A DNA stretch of 64,000 nt, from positions 12,524,001 to 12,588,000 of the forward strand of contig OX597822.1 in assembly GCA_951406725.2 (NCBI GenBank). Reading direction: 5' to 3'. Origin of the DNA: Octopus vulgaris (lineage: Eukaryota). Shown in pieces: positions 16,491 to 28,880 of this stretch. Positions within the stretch are counted from its first letter, which is position 1; every line of letters starts with the position of its first letter. Below the pieces are notes generated by a model. It saw nothing but the letters and a program-made list of their open reading frames with translations. It had not been told where the DNA came from and made no database searches. Position numbers and translations under genes: made by a program.

Positions 16491-17537
16491 CTATATTTCT
16501 TGTTTTCTTATTTTCTTATTTTTAATTTTCCATATGGCCGGTCGCTTGACTGTTCAGGAGCGAACTAAGACGACAGCGCGACCAGCTGGCAGAATCGTTA
16601 GCACGCCGGGCGAAATGCTTAGTGTTATTTCGTCTACCGTTACGTTCTGAGTTCAAATTCCGCCGAGGTCGACTTTGTCCTTTGATAAATTAAGTTACAT
16701 TTTCGTACTGGAGTCGATCTAAACGACTGGCGCCCGACCCCATAATTTTATGTCTTGTGCCTAAAGTAGAAAATACAAAAGCACGCTATGAAGTTTGGAA
16801 TTCCATTGTTTTATTTCAGAGATGTTGATATGCATAGAATGGTAAGTATGCAAAACTACACCCAGAAACAGTAACAAGTTGTCATAAAAAGCTGATGTCC
16901 ACGGGTTCTGAGAACGATGCAAGAAGTAGGCGTCCAACCACAGTGAGATTTGCACCACATGGAGTTCTGGATCTCTGGATTTCTGCGGTCACAATCTTCG
17001 GGCGTTAGATCCTGCACGTAATGGGGTTTCCGTGGACGAAAATTTAATTCTTTATGCAATACCGTACGTATTGTGCATCTTGTTAGTCCACTTTCACGAG
17101 CTGCTTGACGTGTTGACCTTTGCGGGCTGCGATTGAACATTTTCTGCACTGTTGCGACGTTCTCCGCTGATCGGAATATGGTTGGACGCCTACTTCTTGC
17201 ATCGTTCACAGAAACCGTGAACATCAGCTTTGCATGACTACTTGTTGCTGTGGGGTTACACAAAAAAGGTGTGCAAGAAAATAACCTCGCAAACTGGAGG
17301 TCATCAAGACACGGATTTAGGAGGTTCTCAGTGATATCCTAGACGAAGTCCTTTAGAAGGTTCTTCATTCCAACCCTGGCCATCTGCGGAAACTGGTTGA
17401 TGCCAGTTGAAGTATGAAGATTTACTTTATCATTCCCATGTAATAAATAACGTATCTTTTGTTTCAATAAATTTGTAAAGGGAATATGGATTGTATTACC
17501 AATGTTTAATGCCTACTTAATTTTCATACACCCTGTA
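16449..17537 (+). mobile_element. Rearranged DD41D-type transposon relic with SINE insertion and internal inverted segment
   Basis: MAGRLTVQERTK (16533), ARYEVWNS..CHKKLM (16781+), minus-strand SPQRSTRQAARESGL..KPHYVQDLTPEDCDRR (16985-17260), ends ..caccctgTA. Confidence 0.7.
16579..16770 (+). mobile_element. tRNA-derived SINE family B
   Basis: agctggcagaatcgttagcacgccgggcgaaatgcttag..gagttcaaattccgccgaggtcgactttg; same as the 47081-47735 copies. Confidence 0.85.
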
Positions 17538-17634
17538 GTCACACATACACTCACATATACATACGTATATATATATATGTATATACACGCTGCATTAAAT
17601 GAAGACACGCTTACCAGTTAAAATTCTGTAAATA

Positions 17635-17699
<65 letters not shown>

Positions 17700-17702
17700 A
17701 AT

Positions 17703-17860
17703 GACAGGTGGAGAGGATCGGTGGATATGGATGAGGAGGAGTGACCTGAAGATAGCGACAGAAGCACTCAAATGCGCAGCTCAGGAACAAGTGTTAAGGA
17801 CCAATTATATGAAGTGCAGAATAGACAACACTACCGATAGCGACAGATGCAGAATCGGTG
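17703..17860 (+). mobile_element. R4/Dong-type LINE fragment after (ATG)n
   Basis: WIWMRRSDLKIATEALKCAAQEQVLRTNY..DRCRI parallels WLMASGLKSETKGFIIAAQDQ..CRVC at 58.4 kb. Confidence 0.7.
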
Positions 17861-17861
17861 A

Positions 17862-18240
17862 GAGTATTTTTCAATCGGAGCCCAATGACGTCTGGTAGTC
17901 CATATAACTTCTTTGAGGATCCACGCAGACAAAATAGTAAATCATTGATCCATTAGTTGTTTTAAGGGTTCATAAAAAACTTTTGCTTCGATATATATAA
18001 TGTCAGTCTCTCTAACATTTTTTTCTTAGTTTAGCATGTTCCTGGCCAGTGAAACATATTCCTTTAAAGTGTGTTTTTGCACTACTGTAGAAGTAGATGT
18101 GTGAAAAATATAATAGGGATTTTGAAAAGTAAATATAAAACGAGTTTTTCAACATCGAATGGCTATAGGAGCTGACCAGAGTAAAATAATAAACAAAGGG
18201 GTCCATAGGTAAGAGAAAAAAACGGTAAGAAACGGGTGAT
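17862..18240. mobile_element. Probable degenerate non-autonomous DNA transposon (hAT-like MITE)
   Basis: Repeated GGGTCCA(T/C)-like subterminal motifs near both ends; TIRs eroded. Confidence 0.35.
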
Positions 18241-18444
18241 TTAGTTCTTTGGTGACTTTAATGTTGCAAACCGTGTTGCAAACAATGTTGCCGGCCACAA
18301 TGTTGCAAACATTTTCAATCTGAAGATGAGTTTTACAAACTCCTATGAGGCCACAACGGTTAGGAAATCTATCATGGGCGTAGTGCTTTTTAAACTTATT
18401 AACTTACTTCACAGATCATAATTCACGTAATTCACATATCATAG

Positions 18445-18750
18445 CGGAGGCACATGGCCTTGTGGTTAAAGCAGCGGTCTCGATGTCGAGGAATCGCGAG
18501 ATCGAATCTCAGACCGGGCGAGGTGTGTGTTTATGAGCGAAACACCTAAGCTCCACGCAGCTCCTGCAGAAGGTAATGGTGAACTTCTGCTGACTCCTTC
18601 GCCACAACTTACTTGAACACTTTCTTCCTGCATCTTGCAGCTCACCTGTGACAGACCGGCGTCCCATCCAGGTCGGGAGCCCAAACGCCAAGGAAACCGG
18701 GAAACCGGCCCTTATGAGCCAGGCGTGACTCGAGAAGGAACAAACAAACG
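18445..18750 (+). mobile_element. tRNA-derived SINE (family C-like)
   Basis: TGGCCTTGTGG A-box and GATCGAATC B-box at tRNA spacing; head similar to 36740-36828(-). Confidence 0.75.
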
Positions 18751-19361
18751 TATCATGGCACATTTCTTACTAAATATCAGCAAAGACGTCTCCTCATCTT
18801 TGAAGCCCAAGTCCTATTGAATATCTTTGCTGTTCCAAGAAAACTAAAATTAACGGATATTACTAAGAATATGAATGATTCAATCTATATTTAATCTCAG
18901 TTTCTGCTGACAGGTTCCGTACCGAATTCAATAGAAATAAGTAATGAATATAAGCGAGATGTGGTAAAGTCAGTTAGACAGTATTAGCGAAGTCATATAT
19001 TATTTAAATATGCAGTAATAGTCTTAAAGTATAAAAGATTGAATGATATCTGTCGAAGAGAAGCAAGGCAGCGATATTTCTAACGTAAATAAGCTAGCAG
19101 GTTCGTTATCAGGAGGTACAAATTTATTAGCACCGTTTCTACCAACTTCACCTTCTGTGTTCGACTACCGCCCGGTCGAGTTTGTCTTCTATTCCCTCGG
19201 GATCGACAAAATAAGTGTCAGTTGGGTACTGTGGTCTATGGAATCAACTTAAACTACTCTCATGAAATTCCTTCCCTTGTGCCAAAATTTGTATTAGTGG
19301 AACGCTTCAGGGAAGTGGAAGAGTGTTGACGTTTCGGGTGCTAATCCTTCATCGCAAGTGT

Positions 19362-19921
19362 CTGTTGAAGAGCGTAGGCACGAAACGTAAAAGACTTTCT
19401 CACTTCCCGAACGTTAAACTAATATATCCGTTTGTTGTTTACACACACGCCTTCGTCTTTTGTTTTTTGTTTTTTTTTTTGTAAATTCCAACTATATATT
19501 GCACGCTCACGTGGTCGCACCAGTTTCATCCTTTCTCTACCCCATACACTTCGATTTACTACACCTTGTATACTTCGGGCTATTCTACCTGGATTATTTA
19601 CTCTCATTCACTTCGGACTCCTACACCTCGGTCTTCCACATGGTTTTCACGTGGATTCCACTGAACTCTTCCGTTGAAGAGAAATCGCCCCTCTACATCA
19701 CGGCGTTTAAACCTTTTGAACTTTTCTAAACCTTTTTTGTACTTTCTGCTTTTTCCTATTGTCGTTTCTATCGCTACCCACTAAAGCTTTTTTGTATTTC
19801 CCCTCTCGGCTTATTTCTGCGTTCATTTATGTTCAAGAGCGTAGGCTGGAGACGTAAAAGACTGCCCGAGCGTTAAACTAATACACCTGTTTCTTGTTTA
19901 CACACACGTCTCCGCCTTTTG
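19362..19921 (+). mobile_element. PLE-derived element with direct terminal repeats (19362-19490 / 19830-19921), each beginning with a hammerhead-like motif
   Basis: gttgaagagcgtaggc.cgaaacgtaaaagact..cgttaaactaata..gtttacacacacg repeated; same terminus at 55447-55590(-) and 63262-63470(-). Confidence 0.7.
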
Positions 19922-20105
19922 CAACATGGAATGAAAAATTCCTTGTTTATATAGAAATTTATATATATTCATCTCGTCTTTATATTTACTGTGGTGGTAG
20001 TTTGACCATATAGCACATGGCGTTTAGACGGATAACTGAACTGGTCGTGTAGCTATTCGTATGCTTGTGTGTCTATATATGTAATTATGTACAATTCTTG
20101 GTATA

Positions 20106-20160
20106 TTTCATTGACGAAGGCAAAGTTTTTTATGCAGAGCCAGAAACCTGGAATCTGGAA
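20106..20160 (+). ncRNA. Degenerate hammerhead motif in PLE-type terminus
   Basis: tttca-TTGACGA-a.ggc..gcc.a-GAAA-cctggaa-TC-tggaa; stem I 5 bp, stem III disrupted. Confidence 0.4.
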
Positions 20161-20308
20161 TTATCCAATATTTAGTACTATTTCATTTTACACTTTGTGC
20201 TGTATTGAATACATGAAGTGATTTTCGAGTCAGGTTTTGACTGCTATTTATACATTCTAGTATCTCTACGATACCTTATTTATAATTATAATACACACAC
20301 AGACATAT

Positions 20309-20530
<222 letters not shown>

Positions 20531-20571
20531 TCTTGCAAATCGAATATATAAATATAATCAGGGTATTATCA

Positions 20572-20617
<46 letters not shown>

Positions 20618-21737
20618 GTGCTACTACATTTTAATAATATATATATAATGCGCCTGCATTGATTTTTTGCTTTCATATCTGAAGCATAAAAGCGTACATT
20701 TCACTATTTTATTACTTTGATACTAATGTACTAATGTCTGTTTACGTCTCCCTTTCTCTCTCTTTATATATATATCCTGTGTATGTATGTTTGTATATGT
20801 ATGTATAGGTGTTATGCGTCTGTATACACAGACATAGACGCGCGCGCGGGGCGGTAGCATCTACCAATTATTAACATAAATCGTTGAGGGGGCGAATTCC
20901 TGAATTACTTTCGGGCAAACATAAGCACTCTCTCAACTCCATCTTCCCTTAGCAGAATATCATGTCTATGGCAGGTGGATAGAGAGGGGGAGATAAGGTG
21001 TAGCAACACTCGGCTAGTACTCGGTGCAATTAAGCAGACTCAAGCATAGTGAAATGAAATACCCTAGTCGAAGGTAAAAGAAGAACAGACTTTCTGGAAA
21101 TGTCATACCCTAGTCCTAATTTGAATCCCATAGCTTACCATGTACCCCTGTACATACGCACATACTTCATGTTTGAGTAATTATATGTGTATCATATATA
21201 TATATATATATATATATATTAATCAAAGTGTACAGTATTATATATCCATAACGGACGATCTTACTAGACGGTTTCGCACCCGAAGTTCAACGGAATATTA
21301 GCTAACAGTCCGATTTTGTAACCCTGCGTCCTTCAGAGGTGGCCGTTATTGAATGAATCATGACAACTGTTCTCTATTGTTGGAGGTATACCGCTGGTGT
21401 GAAAAAGATGAAAGGAATCGAACAGGGGTCTAAGTTAAGAGTTATGTCCCTTAGTATCAAGACATCATCATTGGGTGGGGGGGGGTCGTTCTGTTGCATG
21501 TCGGCAAGATTTGCATTTCGACAACGTTAAAGACAAAAGCATTTGCTACGAACTCTTTTCTAGAAAACTGTTGCCGACTTAATCTGCTGGACTCGATTCA
21601 TCTTGACTGTACCAAATACTTCGATTAATAAAACCAGTCTATTGACAGATATACGAGTGCATTATTTCCTGACTTATGGATTCTCGGGCGGTTTATAGAC
21701 ACACACATAAATATACATATATATATATATATACATT

Positions 21738-22649
21738 GTACACATATATGCGTGTATATGTACATGTAGAGGTAGGTACGTACATATATGTTTATATATA
21801 TGCATATATTTTATTAACATATTATACGACTAAACGCACGCACCCCATTAAGTAAGATTGTTCTGTTTATCAAGTTAGCCTTGATATTAACTCTCACGCG
21901 ACTCTGCATCTTTCTTTCTTTCTCTCCCATTCCCTTTGTCGTCTTTTTTTCCCTCACTTAACTTGTCTCTTCCTCTCTCTCTCCCCCTCACTGTTCTTCA
22001 TGGTTTCCTCGCACCATTCCCCTTCTTCTCTCTCTTCCTCTTGCTCCTCCTCCCCCATTCCCGTCGTCCATCTGCGACGATACTTCCGTCGTAACTGCTA
22101 TCCTGTCTTTTCTCGCCCGCCTTCTAAGGCTACTGGTCGATATTCTTTCCCTCTCGTCGTCCACTATAATCCAGCGTTTGCAATACTTTTTTCGTCTGGC
22201 GTTAACAGCCCTTCTTATCTTGTTCTCCTTGTCCTGTCTCTCACTGTTATATATTTATTTTTCCACTGTTTATATATATATTTTTTACTGTTTATATGTT
22301 TGTACTGTCGTTACCGTCTTGCTTTTTTTACCCCTCTGCGAAAAGATCTCAGAATTTTAATTGATTTGCTTTTCGCAGGAAGGAAGTTTTCTTCGAAGTA
22401 TACGTCTCGCTTTTATCCTTCGAAACGTTTAGTAGATGAAACCTTAGCGACTGAAGAAGGGGATTTTTCGTTGTGCTTATTGTCCTGTATCTCTTTTTTT
22501 GCTTGTCTTGTTCCTTGGTTTGTGTCTATGTTTTTCGTCTCTCTATGTGTTCGAGGTCTTTTTGGTGTCCTGTACACATATATGCGTGTATATGTACATG
22601 TAGAGGTAGGTACGTACATATATGTTTATATATATGCATATATTTTATT

Positions 22650-22654
<5 letters not shown>
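21738..22654 (+). mobile_element. Non-coding element bounded by ~83-bp identical direct repeats (pseudo-LTR-like)
   Basis: tgtacacatatatgcgtg..gaggtaggtacgtac..ttattaacat at 21738-21820 and 22571-22654. Confidence 0.65.
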
Positions 22655-22697
<43 letters not shown>

Positions 22698-22786
22698 AAT
22701 GTATGTATATATAGATTCAGTTGAATATGGTACTTAAGTTAAAGGCACCAGTATGGTATTATCCATATAAATCAAAATTGGGTGAT

Positions 22787-22910
22787 TATAATCCAAATAA
22801 GCAACAAGGATATCCAAAGGTAGTGCAGTACAATCAAATTAATTAAATGAAGTAGCATGAAACGATTGTACTGCACCACCTTTGGATATCCTTGTTGCTT
22901 ATTTGGATTA

Positions 22911-22912
<2 letters not shown>
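22787..22912. repeat. Foldback, ~48-bp arms
   Basis: tataatccaaataagcaacaaggatatccaaaggt.gtgcagtacaatc and its reverse complement at 22864-22912. Confidence 0.9.
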
Positions 22913-22946
<34 letters not shown>

Positions 22947-24055
22947 TGTATGTATGTATGTATGTATGTATGTATGTCTGTATGTATGTATGTATGTATA
23001 TATCTATTTTCACCATACATATATACAAACACATGCATATCCATAGAAGATCTACACTAAGCGTTGATAATTGAAGAAGTGTTTATTTTTAACAAATGCA
23101 TACTTTAGATTCAGTCGGTGAAGTGGACCCTGTGGATAAAGCTAAGATTGTTTTTCTTTCTTTCTTGGTGGACACAAAAAGTTTCCTCTGACCAATTTCA
23201 GTTTTTATTTGCATTTCATCAGAGATCGATTAATCATATCCCGAATGGAAATGTTAACAATATGTTAGCATTAGCTTATTGTTATTTATAGTATACGCAT
23301 GCTGTCATCGTGTATATATAAGTGTGTATTTGTACTAAGGTATATAATTTCACTGATCTAAAATTACCAGCACAAATATTTCTTCTACTATTAGTGACCC
23401 GGGCTTCCGTGGCAATATGTCAAACACACATGGTTTTGTATTAATAAATTTTCAAACATTTTCTCAAGCCATGCTCTCTGGGGAAAAATTATCAAGAGGC
23501 TTTGCACAAACAGTCTAAAAATATAAATAATTATATATTTTCTTTTCATTTTCTATTTCATTTCTACCCACTGACACTAAATATTCTGCAGCTATTCTTA
23601 TTCATTGAAAATTAATCAATACATAAGATGCACATTTCTTATACTTATTCAATATTCTTCTCCACTTGAATTACATTTAATGTTTTCTTACTTTTACATT
23701 TGCTGTTCAGTTTTGTTTTAGTAAATGTGAAGTATTTGTTCAAAATTAAAATAAGCACTTAGTTATTGAAGTTCTAATACACTTTAAGTTTCCAGACTAC
23801 TTTAATATAGTTGACAATTTACTAACACGTCAGAAATATTCTGATGGATTGCGTTAGAAGATTGGCAAAATATTTACATTATTGGTAGAAATTACGCTGC
23901 ACAAATATAAATTAACGCTAAACAAACAAATAATTATAGTGCCTGAATGTATATTTAACGTGAGATATTATATATGTGCATAATTGTGGAAGAAAATTTG
24001 TTCAATGCATTTGTTGGAATATATCAGCTTATATGCACGTGTCTATCTATCTATC

Positions 24056-24100
<45 letters not shown>

Positions 24101-24213
24101 GTCTATATATGCATATATATTTTTATCTATATCTTTATTTCTCCCCCTTTCTTTCTCTCTCTCTCTCTATATATAAATACATAATTTTCTACATATCTAC
24201 ATCTCTCTCTCCG

Positions 24214-24256
<43 letters not shown>

Positions 24257-24776
24257 CTATATGCATATATATATATTTGCTTACATAGATATATACATAT
24301 ACAGATGTATATCTATATGTATTTTTAAATGTGTATACATACATTTATAAATTTCTATTTGTGTATGTGTGTGTATGTGTGTGTCTGTGTGTGTGTGTGT
24401 CCGTGTTCTGCGGTCAATACCTTTATCTATTCATGTATATATGTAAATACACATGAGCGTAATAGCTTATATATTTGGTATTTCATGAACTCAGTAATTA
24501 TTAGTGTACTAAAACATTAATTAAGCCGGCAATTTCGCAGAAACTTCAGACATGCTAGAGAAAATTCTTAGCGACATTTCATCCAACTTTTCCTTCCCTT
24601 GATGAGCTTCAACCAGAAGACTGACTTGTGTTCTACTTTACTGTCTGAATACCTAAGTACCTCTGCAGGAGAGAAGGGGGAGCAACTGCTGTCTGATGAT
24701 GTTTATTGGGGTAGAAATAGCAGCTTATCTTTTAGTAAATGGTGAGTTATTTTTGAGAATTCTCAAATATATATGT

Positions 24777-25141
24777 ATTAGAAATATTGAATTTCTAAAT
24801 GTCTCAGAGACATAAGCGGTGGTGCAGCGATATAGTGGTCGTATACTGTCAACTGAATGTGACAGTCCCGTAAGGGAATTACTTCACAGCCATTTAGCCC
24901 GAGGAAACATCGCTGTCTCCTGTCTGCTTTGATACATTTTCTGTGTCCTTATATTTGCAAAGGGGAGGCACCTGAAGACATGTTTCTAAGTCTATTGCTC
25001 GTCGTCAGTTTCCTAGTGGTAAATGGCGGTGGTGTAATTCCCTTACGGGACTGTCACATTCAGTTGACAGTATACGACCACTATATCACTCCAACACCAC
25101 ATATGTCTCTCTGAGACATTTAAAAATTCAATATTTCTAAT
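24777..25141. repeat. Foldback/MITE-like element, ~130-bp imperfect arms
   Basis: 24777-24908 is the reverse complement of 25008-25141. Confidence 0.85.
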
Positions 25142-26234
25142 TTCGGTGATCAGTAAATAAATTTTACTGGTAATATGATATATTTGCGAAGAGTTTGCAG
25201 TCATCTCAGCGAGCGAGGCAGGTGACCCTGAACTGTGTTTGTGTCGGTTGTTCGGATTTGCGGTTAAGTGAGTTGTTTTTTTGCTGATTGTTGCTGTTGA
25301 AAGCTGTAGCGCCGTATTGAATTGTTGAATTCTTTGTTGGGTATGCAAGCCCAAACTTATGCGGGAGCAGCAGGCAAAAGCCTGGCTGCGAACGAATTAC
25401 AGTTGGAAGAAATAATTGTCGAGAAGGAAAATTTGAGGAAATACTACGACAGCTTCAAGAAGGAAGGAGACTGTCTGAGGGTTACACCACCTGAAGATGA
25501 AGCGAAAGAAGCGGAGAAAAAATCATAACATACAGAACGCCAGCCGGTGGTTGTGACACGCTGATGATAAGTCAATACCCAGAAAGTCGGGTCCGTTTGT
25601 GTCACTTCAGGCAGGAGAAAGGAAGGATGACTTCCCTTTGCTAATACTGATAGGGCACAGAAAGTGTGTCAATAGCCAGTTAGAGGAGATGTCTTCCTGG
25701 GGCTACAAGCTACAGTAGCATCGACACTTAGGGGCTAGTCACATTTAGGTGGCAAATATATTTCACGATATATACAAATATATATGTGTATATATATATA
25801 TATATATATAAATGTATACATACATATATATATTTATATATACATGTGTGTGTGTGTATGATTTTGTGTTTTATTTTTCGTGTTTTTGTGTTTGCACAAT
25901 TTCGGTCCTACTACTCACGTTTTGATTGCTAGCAGCTCGGCATCAGACACCGGCAGATGAAATACTGGACATATAAACAAACAATTCGTTCTGGGCTTGA
26001 TTTGTTCAAGTACTCCTTTCATGTTGGTGCCCCAGCAAGGCCGCACTGTAATGACTGGAGCAAACAAAAGAGAGAATAGACAGAAAGTTGAGCCCAAGGC
26101 ATTAAATCTATAGAGTTTTTAAACGACATCATTAATCTTATTTTCTTGAGCAAGGATAAATTGAAAGCATATCGAACGGATTTCAAAATTTATAAAAACA
26201 TCAGGAATTAAAACAGTAAAACCAATTATTGATA

Positions 26235-26420
26235 CCAAATTTCGGCACAAGGCTAGCAATTTTGGTGGCGGGGTGAGTCGATAACATCGACCCTAGAGTT
26301 CAACTAAGATTTATTTTGTCGCCCTTGAATGGATGACAGGCAAAATCGACACGGCGGAACTTGAACTCAGAACGTAAAGACACACGAACTGCCAGCAACA
26401 TTTCTGCCATCTTGTCGCCT
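26235..26420 (-). mobile_element. SINE family B, degenerate
   Basis: ggcggaacttgaactcagaacgtaa = reverse complement of the B-box region. Confidence 0.65.
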
Positions 26421-26939
26421 TCGCTTGCCAAAGTATTATAAGATATTTTCTCTCTGGCTAAAGTAATATTGCCAATTTTCTGGGATAGTAATAATTTAAG
26501 TAGATAACGGGAGTTACTAACACGAGATTACGTTAATCTTGAAACATCACTTACAATGTTTTGAAAGGTATCTGAGGAATTAATTAATTTATCATTAAAC
26601 TGGTAGTTTAATCGTAATGTTTGTAGATGAACTTATTGATCGATGACCAGTCTAAATAAACTAACGGAGAGCAAAGATGAAATCACCTCCAGATTCATTC
26701 AGTGTTCCACTACAATAACATTCAAGAAGACTTATTCAAACCATTGCGTGCATTAGCAAACACACGCACACATGGACATACACACACGCACGCGCTCTCA
26801 GAGGCATACATACACGCACATATGCACACAAACGCGCACATACACACACACTCACGCATACACACGCGCACACACGCACAGATACACACACACACATACA
26901 TACACACACGCGCACATGCACACATACACAGGCACACAC

Positions 26940-27168
26940 GCGATGTTGGTGGGACAAACACAGACACAAACATATACACACACACACATACATAATTATA
27001 TACATATATACGACGGGCTTCTTTCAGTTTCCGTCTACCAAATCCATTTACAAGGCTTTGGTCGGTCCGAGGCTATAGTAAACTTGCCGAAGGTGCCACG
27101 CAGTTGCACCAAACCCGGAGCCATGTGGTTGGTTACCAGTTTATTTACCACACAGCCACTCCTACGCC
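26940..27168 (-). mobile_element. SINE family A
   Basis: Reverse complement of head ggcgtaggagtggctgtgtggt and body. Confidence 0.85.
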
Positions 27169-27509
27169 TATAAATATTAAAGGAAATAGAGAAATACCAT
27201 TGACACATAAATTTATTAATATTATCATATAATATAATTATAATATAAAAAGATAAAATGTATAAGTCTATTTTGCGATTGAGCAGATCTTGCATACAAT
27301 TCTTGTCCATTTCTTAGGCAAACATTACCCTGACGAGATTCATATGCAGAATTATGAAGATTTTTTATATATTCACCCGTGAATATGAATATAAACAAAT
27401 TGTAGGATATATATTTGTTTTATTATTTATATTATATTATATCATATTATATCTTAATATATTACAATGTTAATAACTTATATGTCAATCGTATTTCTCT
27501 ATTTTTTAA

Positions 27510-27668
27510 AATAAATTCCGAGTTTCGGATGTCGGGGCGGAAACCTGCACCGGCGTCCAAAACTCGGAGTTTTATTATGGCAGCCGAATAATTGTCACTT
27601 ATTATATTGCAGATAAATTCATCTATTTACATAATATCGATGTCTGTTTCATTCTTTATTTGTCTTAA
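27510..27668 (+). mobile_element. PLE-type terminus with short inverted 5' end; same family as 56845-57200(-)
   Basis: aataaattccgagtttcggatgtcgg / ccggcgtccaaaactcggagttttatt hairpin; atggcagccgaataattgtcac shared with 56925-56950. Confidence 0.65.
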
Positions 27669-27693
27669 TATATATATATATATATATAGTTAG

Positions 27694-27727
<34 letters not shown>

Positions 27728-27787
27728 ATATTATATATAAATAAAATAAAAACATGATAATCTTCGCATCATGTTTTATTTTTTTTG

Positions 27788-27852
<65 letters not shown>

Positions 27853-27861
27853 CTAACGAAG

Positions 27862-27922
27862 ATGGCGCTGATGAAAGACATGAAGCATTTTCTCACCTCC
27901 GATCTAGAAACATGTTCGCTAT
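27862..27922 (+). ncRNA. Type I hammerhead ribozyme motif, intact core, in a ~370-bp element between (TA)n tracts
   Basis: atggcg-CTGATGA-a.aga..tct.a-GAAA-catg-TT-cgctat: 6-bp stem I, palindromic ACATGT stem III, GUU site. Confidence 0.72.
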
Positions 27923-28215
27923 TAACGGTAAGGCATTGTTTTCGTTTATTTATTCCTCCTATTTTGCATATGTGTATTGCAGGGTTATGTCGTATATGGA
28001 GCCCCACTTGTAGAAAATGGAAATAAACAGTCTCTGACTGCTATTTCTAATTCTTTCGGAATGCGGCAAAGCAACCTGTTGCCTGCCCTTCTACTTATAT
28101 ACTATATATACTGAACTCCATAGAAGTTCCCACCACTAAAGGTCATATTTACATACCGAAATCTACCGGTAAATAATTGTTGGTTGTCTGAAAAACCATC
28201 GAAAAAATTATTTAC

Positions 28216-28258
<43 letters not shown>

Positions 28259-28262
<4 letters not shown>

Positions 28263-28515
28263 CTTGAGCAAGGCACTTTATTTCACGTTGCTCCAGTTCA
28301 CTCAGCTGTAGAAATGAGTTGCGACGTCACTGGTGCCAAGCTGTATCGACCTTTGTCTTTCCCTTGGATAACACTGGTGGCGTGGAGAGGGGAGGCTGGT
28401 ATGCATGGGCGACTGCTGGTCTTCCATAAACCACCTTGCCCAGACTTGTGACTAGGAGGGTAACTTTCTAGGTGCAATCCCATGGTCATTCATGACCGAA
28501 GGGGGTCTTTACCCT
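28259..28515 (+). mobile_element. SINE family C, 5' truncated
   Basis: tgttcttgagcaaggcactttatttcacgttgctc core shared with 36710-36750(-). Confidence 0.75.
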
Positions 28516-28516
28516 T

Positions 28517-28553
<37 letters not shown>

Positions 28554-28554
28554 A

Positions 28555-28603
<49 letters not shown>

Positions 28604-28801
28604 CATATATATGAATGTATGTCTGTATATACAGTTCGTATATGCATGTGTGGTTGCAGGTGAGATCGTAGATATCTACTGAGTGTGGTTGCACTGATTG
28701 GACTTTGGGTCTTGTAGTTAAAGGATCAAATCTGAACTAGAGCGGCGCGCATTGGTTTCTCGATTTTAAAGCTTCATTTCACGTTGTCGCAGTCCACTCA
28801 C

Positions 28802-28880
28802 CTGGAAATGAGCAGCAATCATTGCCTTGAGTTGGCCCTGCATTGGAGCAGCACCCAATCCATATAAGAAATGTTGTACT
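28802..28880 (-). other. Candidate internal exon of an unidentified host gene
   Basis: tttaatcttAG acceptor and CAG|GTGAGT donor; two open frames; unique sequence. Confidence 0.3.

Noticed and set aside
18320-18345. CTGAAGA followed by gagttt/aaactc stem
   Set aside because: No GAAA or stem III follows
21260-21342. Minus-strand CTGAAGG..tgcGAAAccgTC hammerhead-like motif
   Set aside because: Core altered and stem I does not pair; at best a decayed copy
25322-25528. 68-aa charged ORF (..EEIIVEKENLRKYYDSFKK..)
   Set aside because: Short, lies among foldback-family sequences; possibly a transposon relic but unassignable
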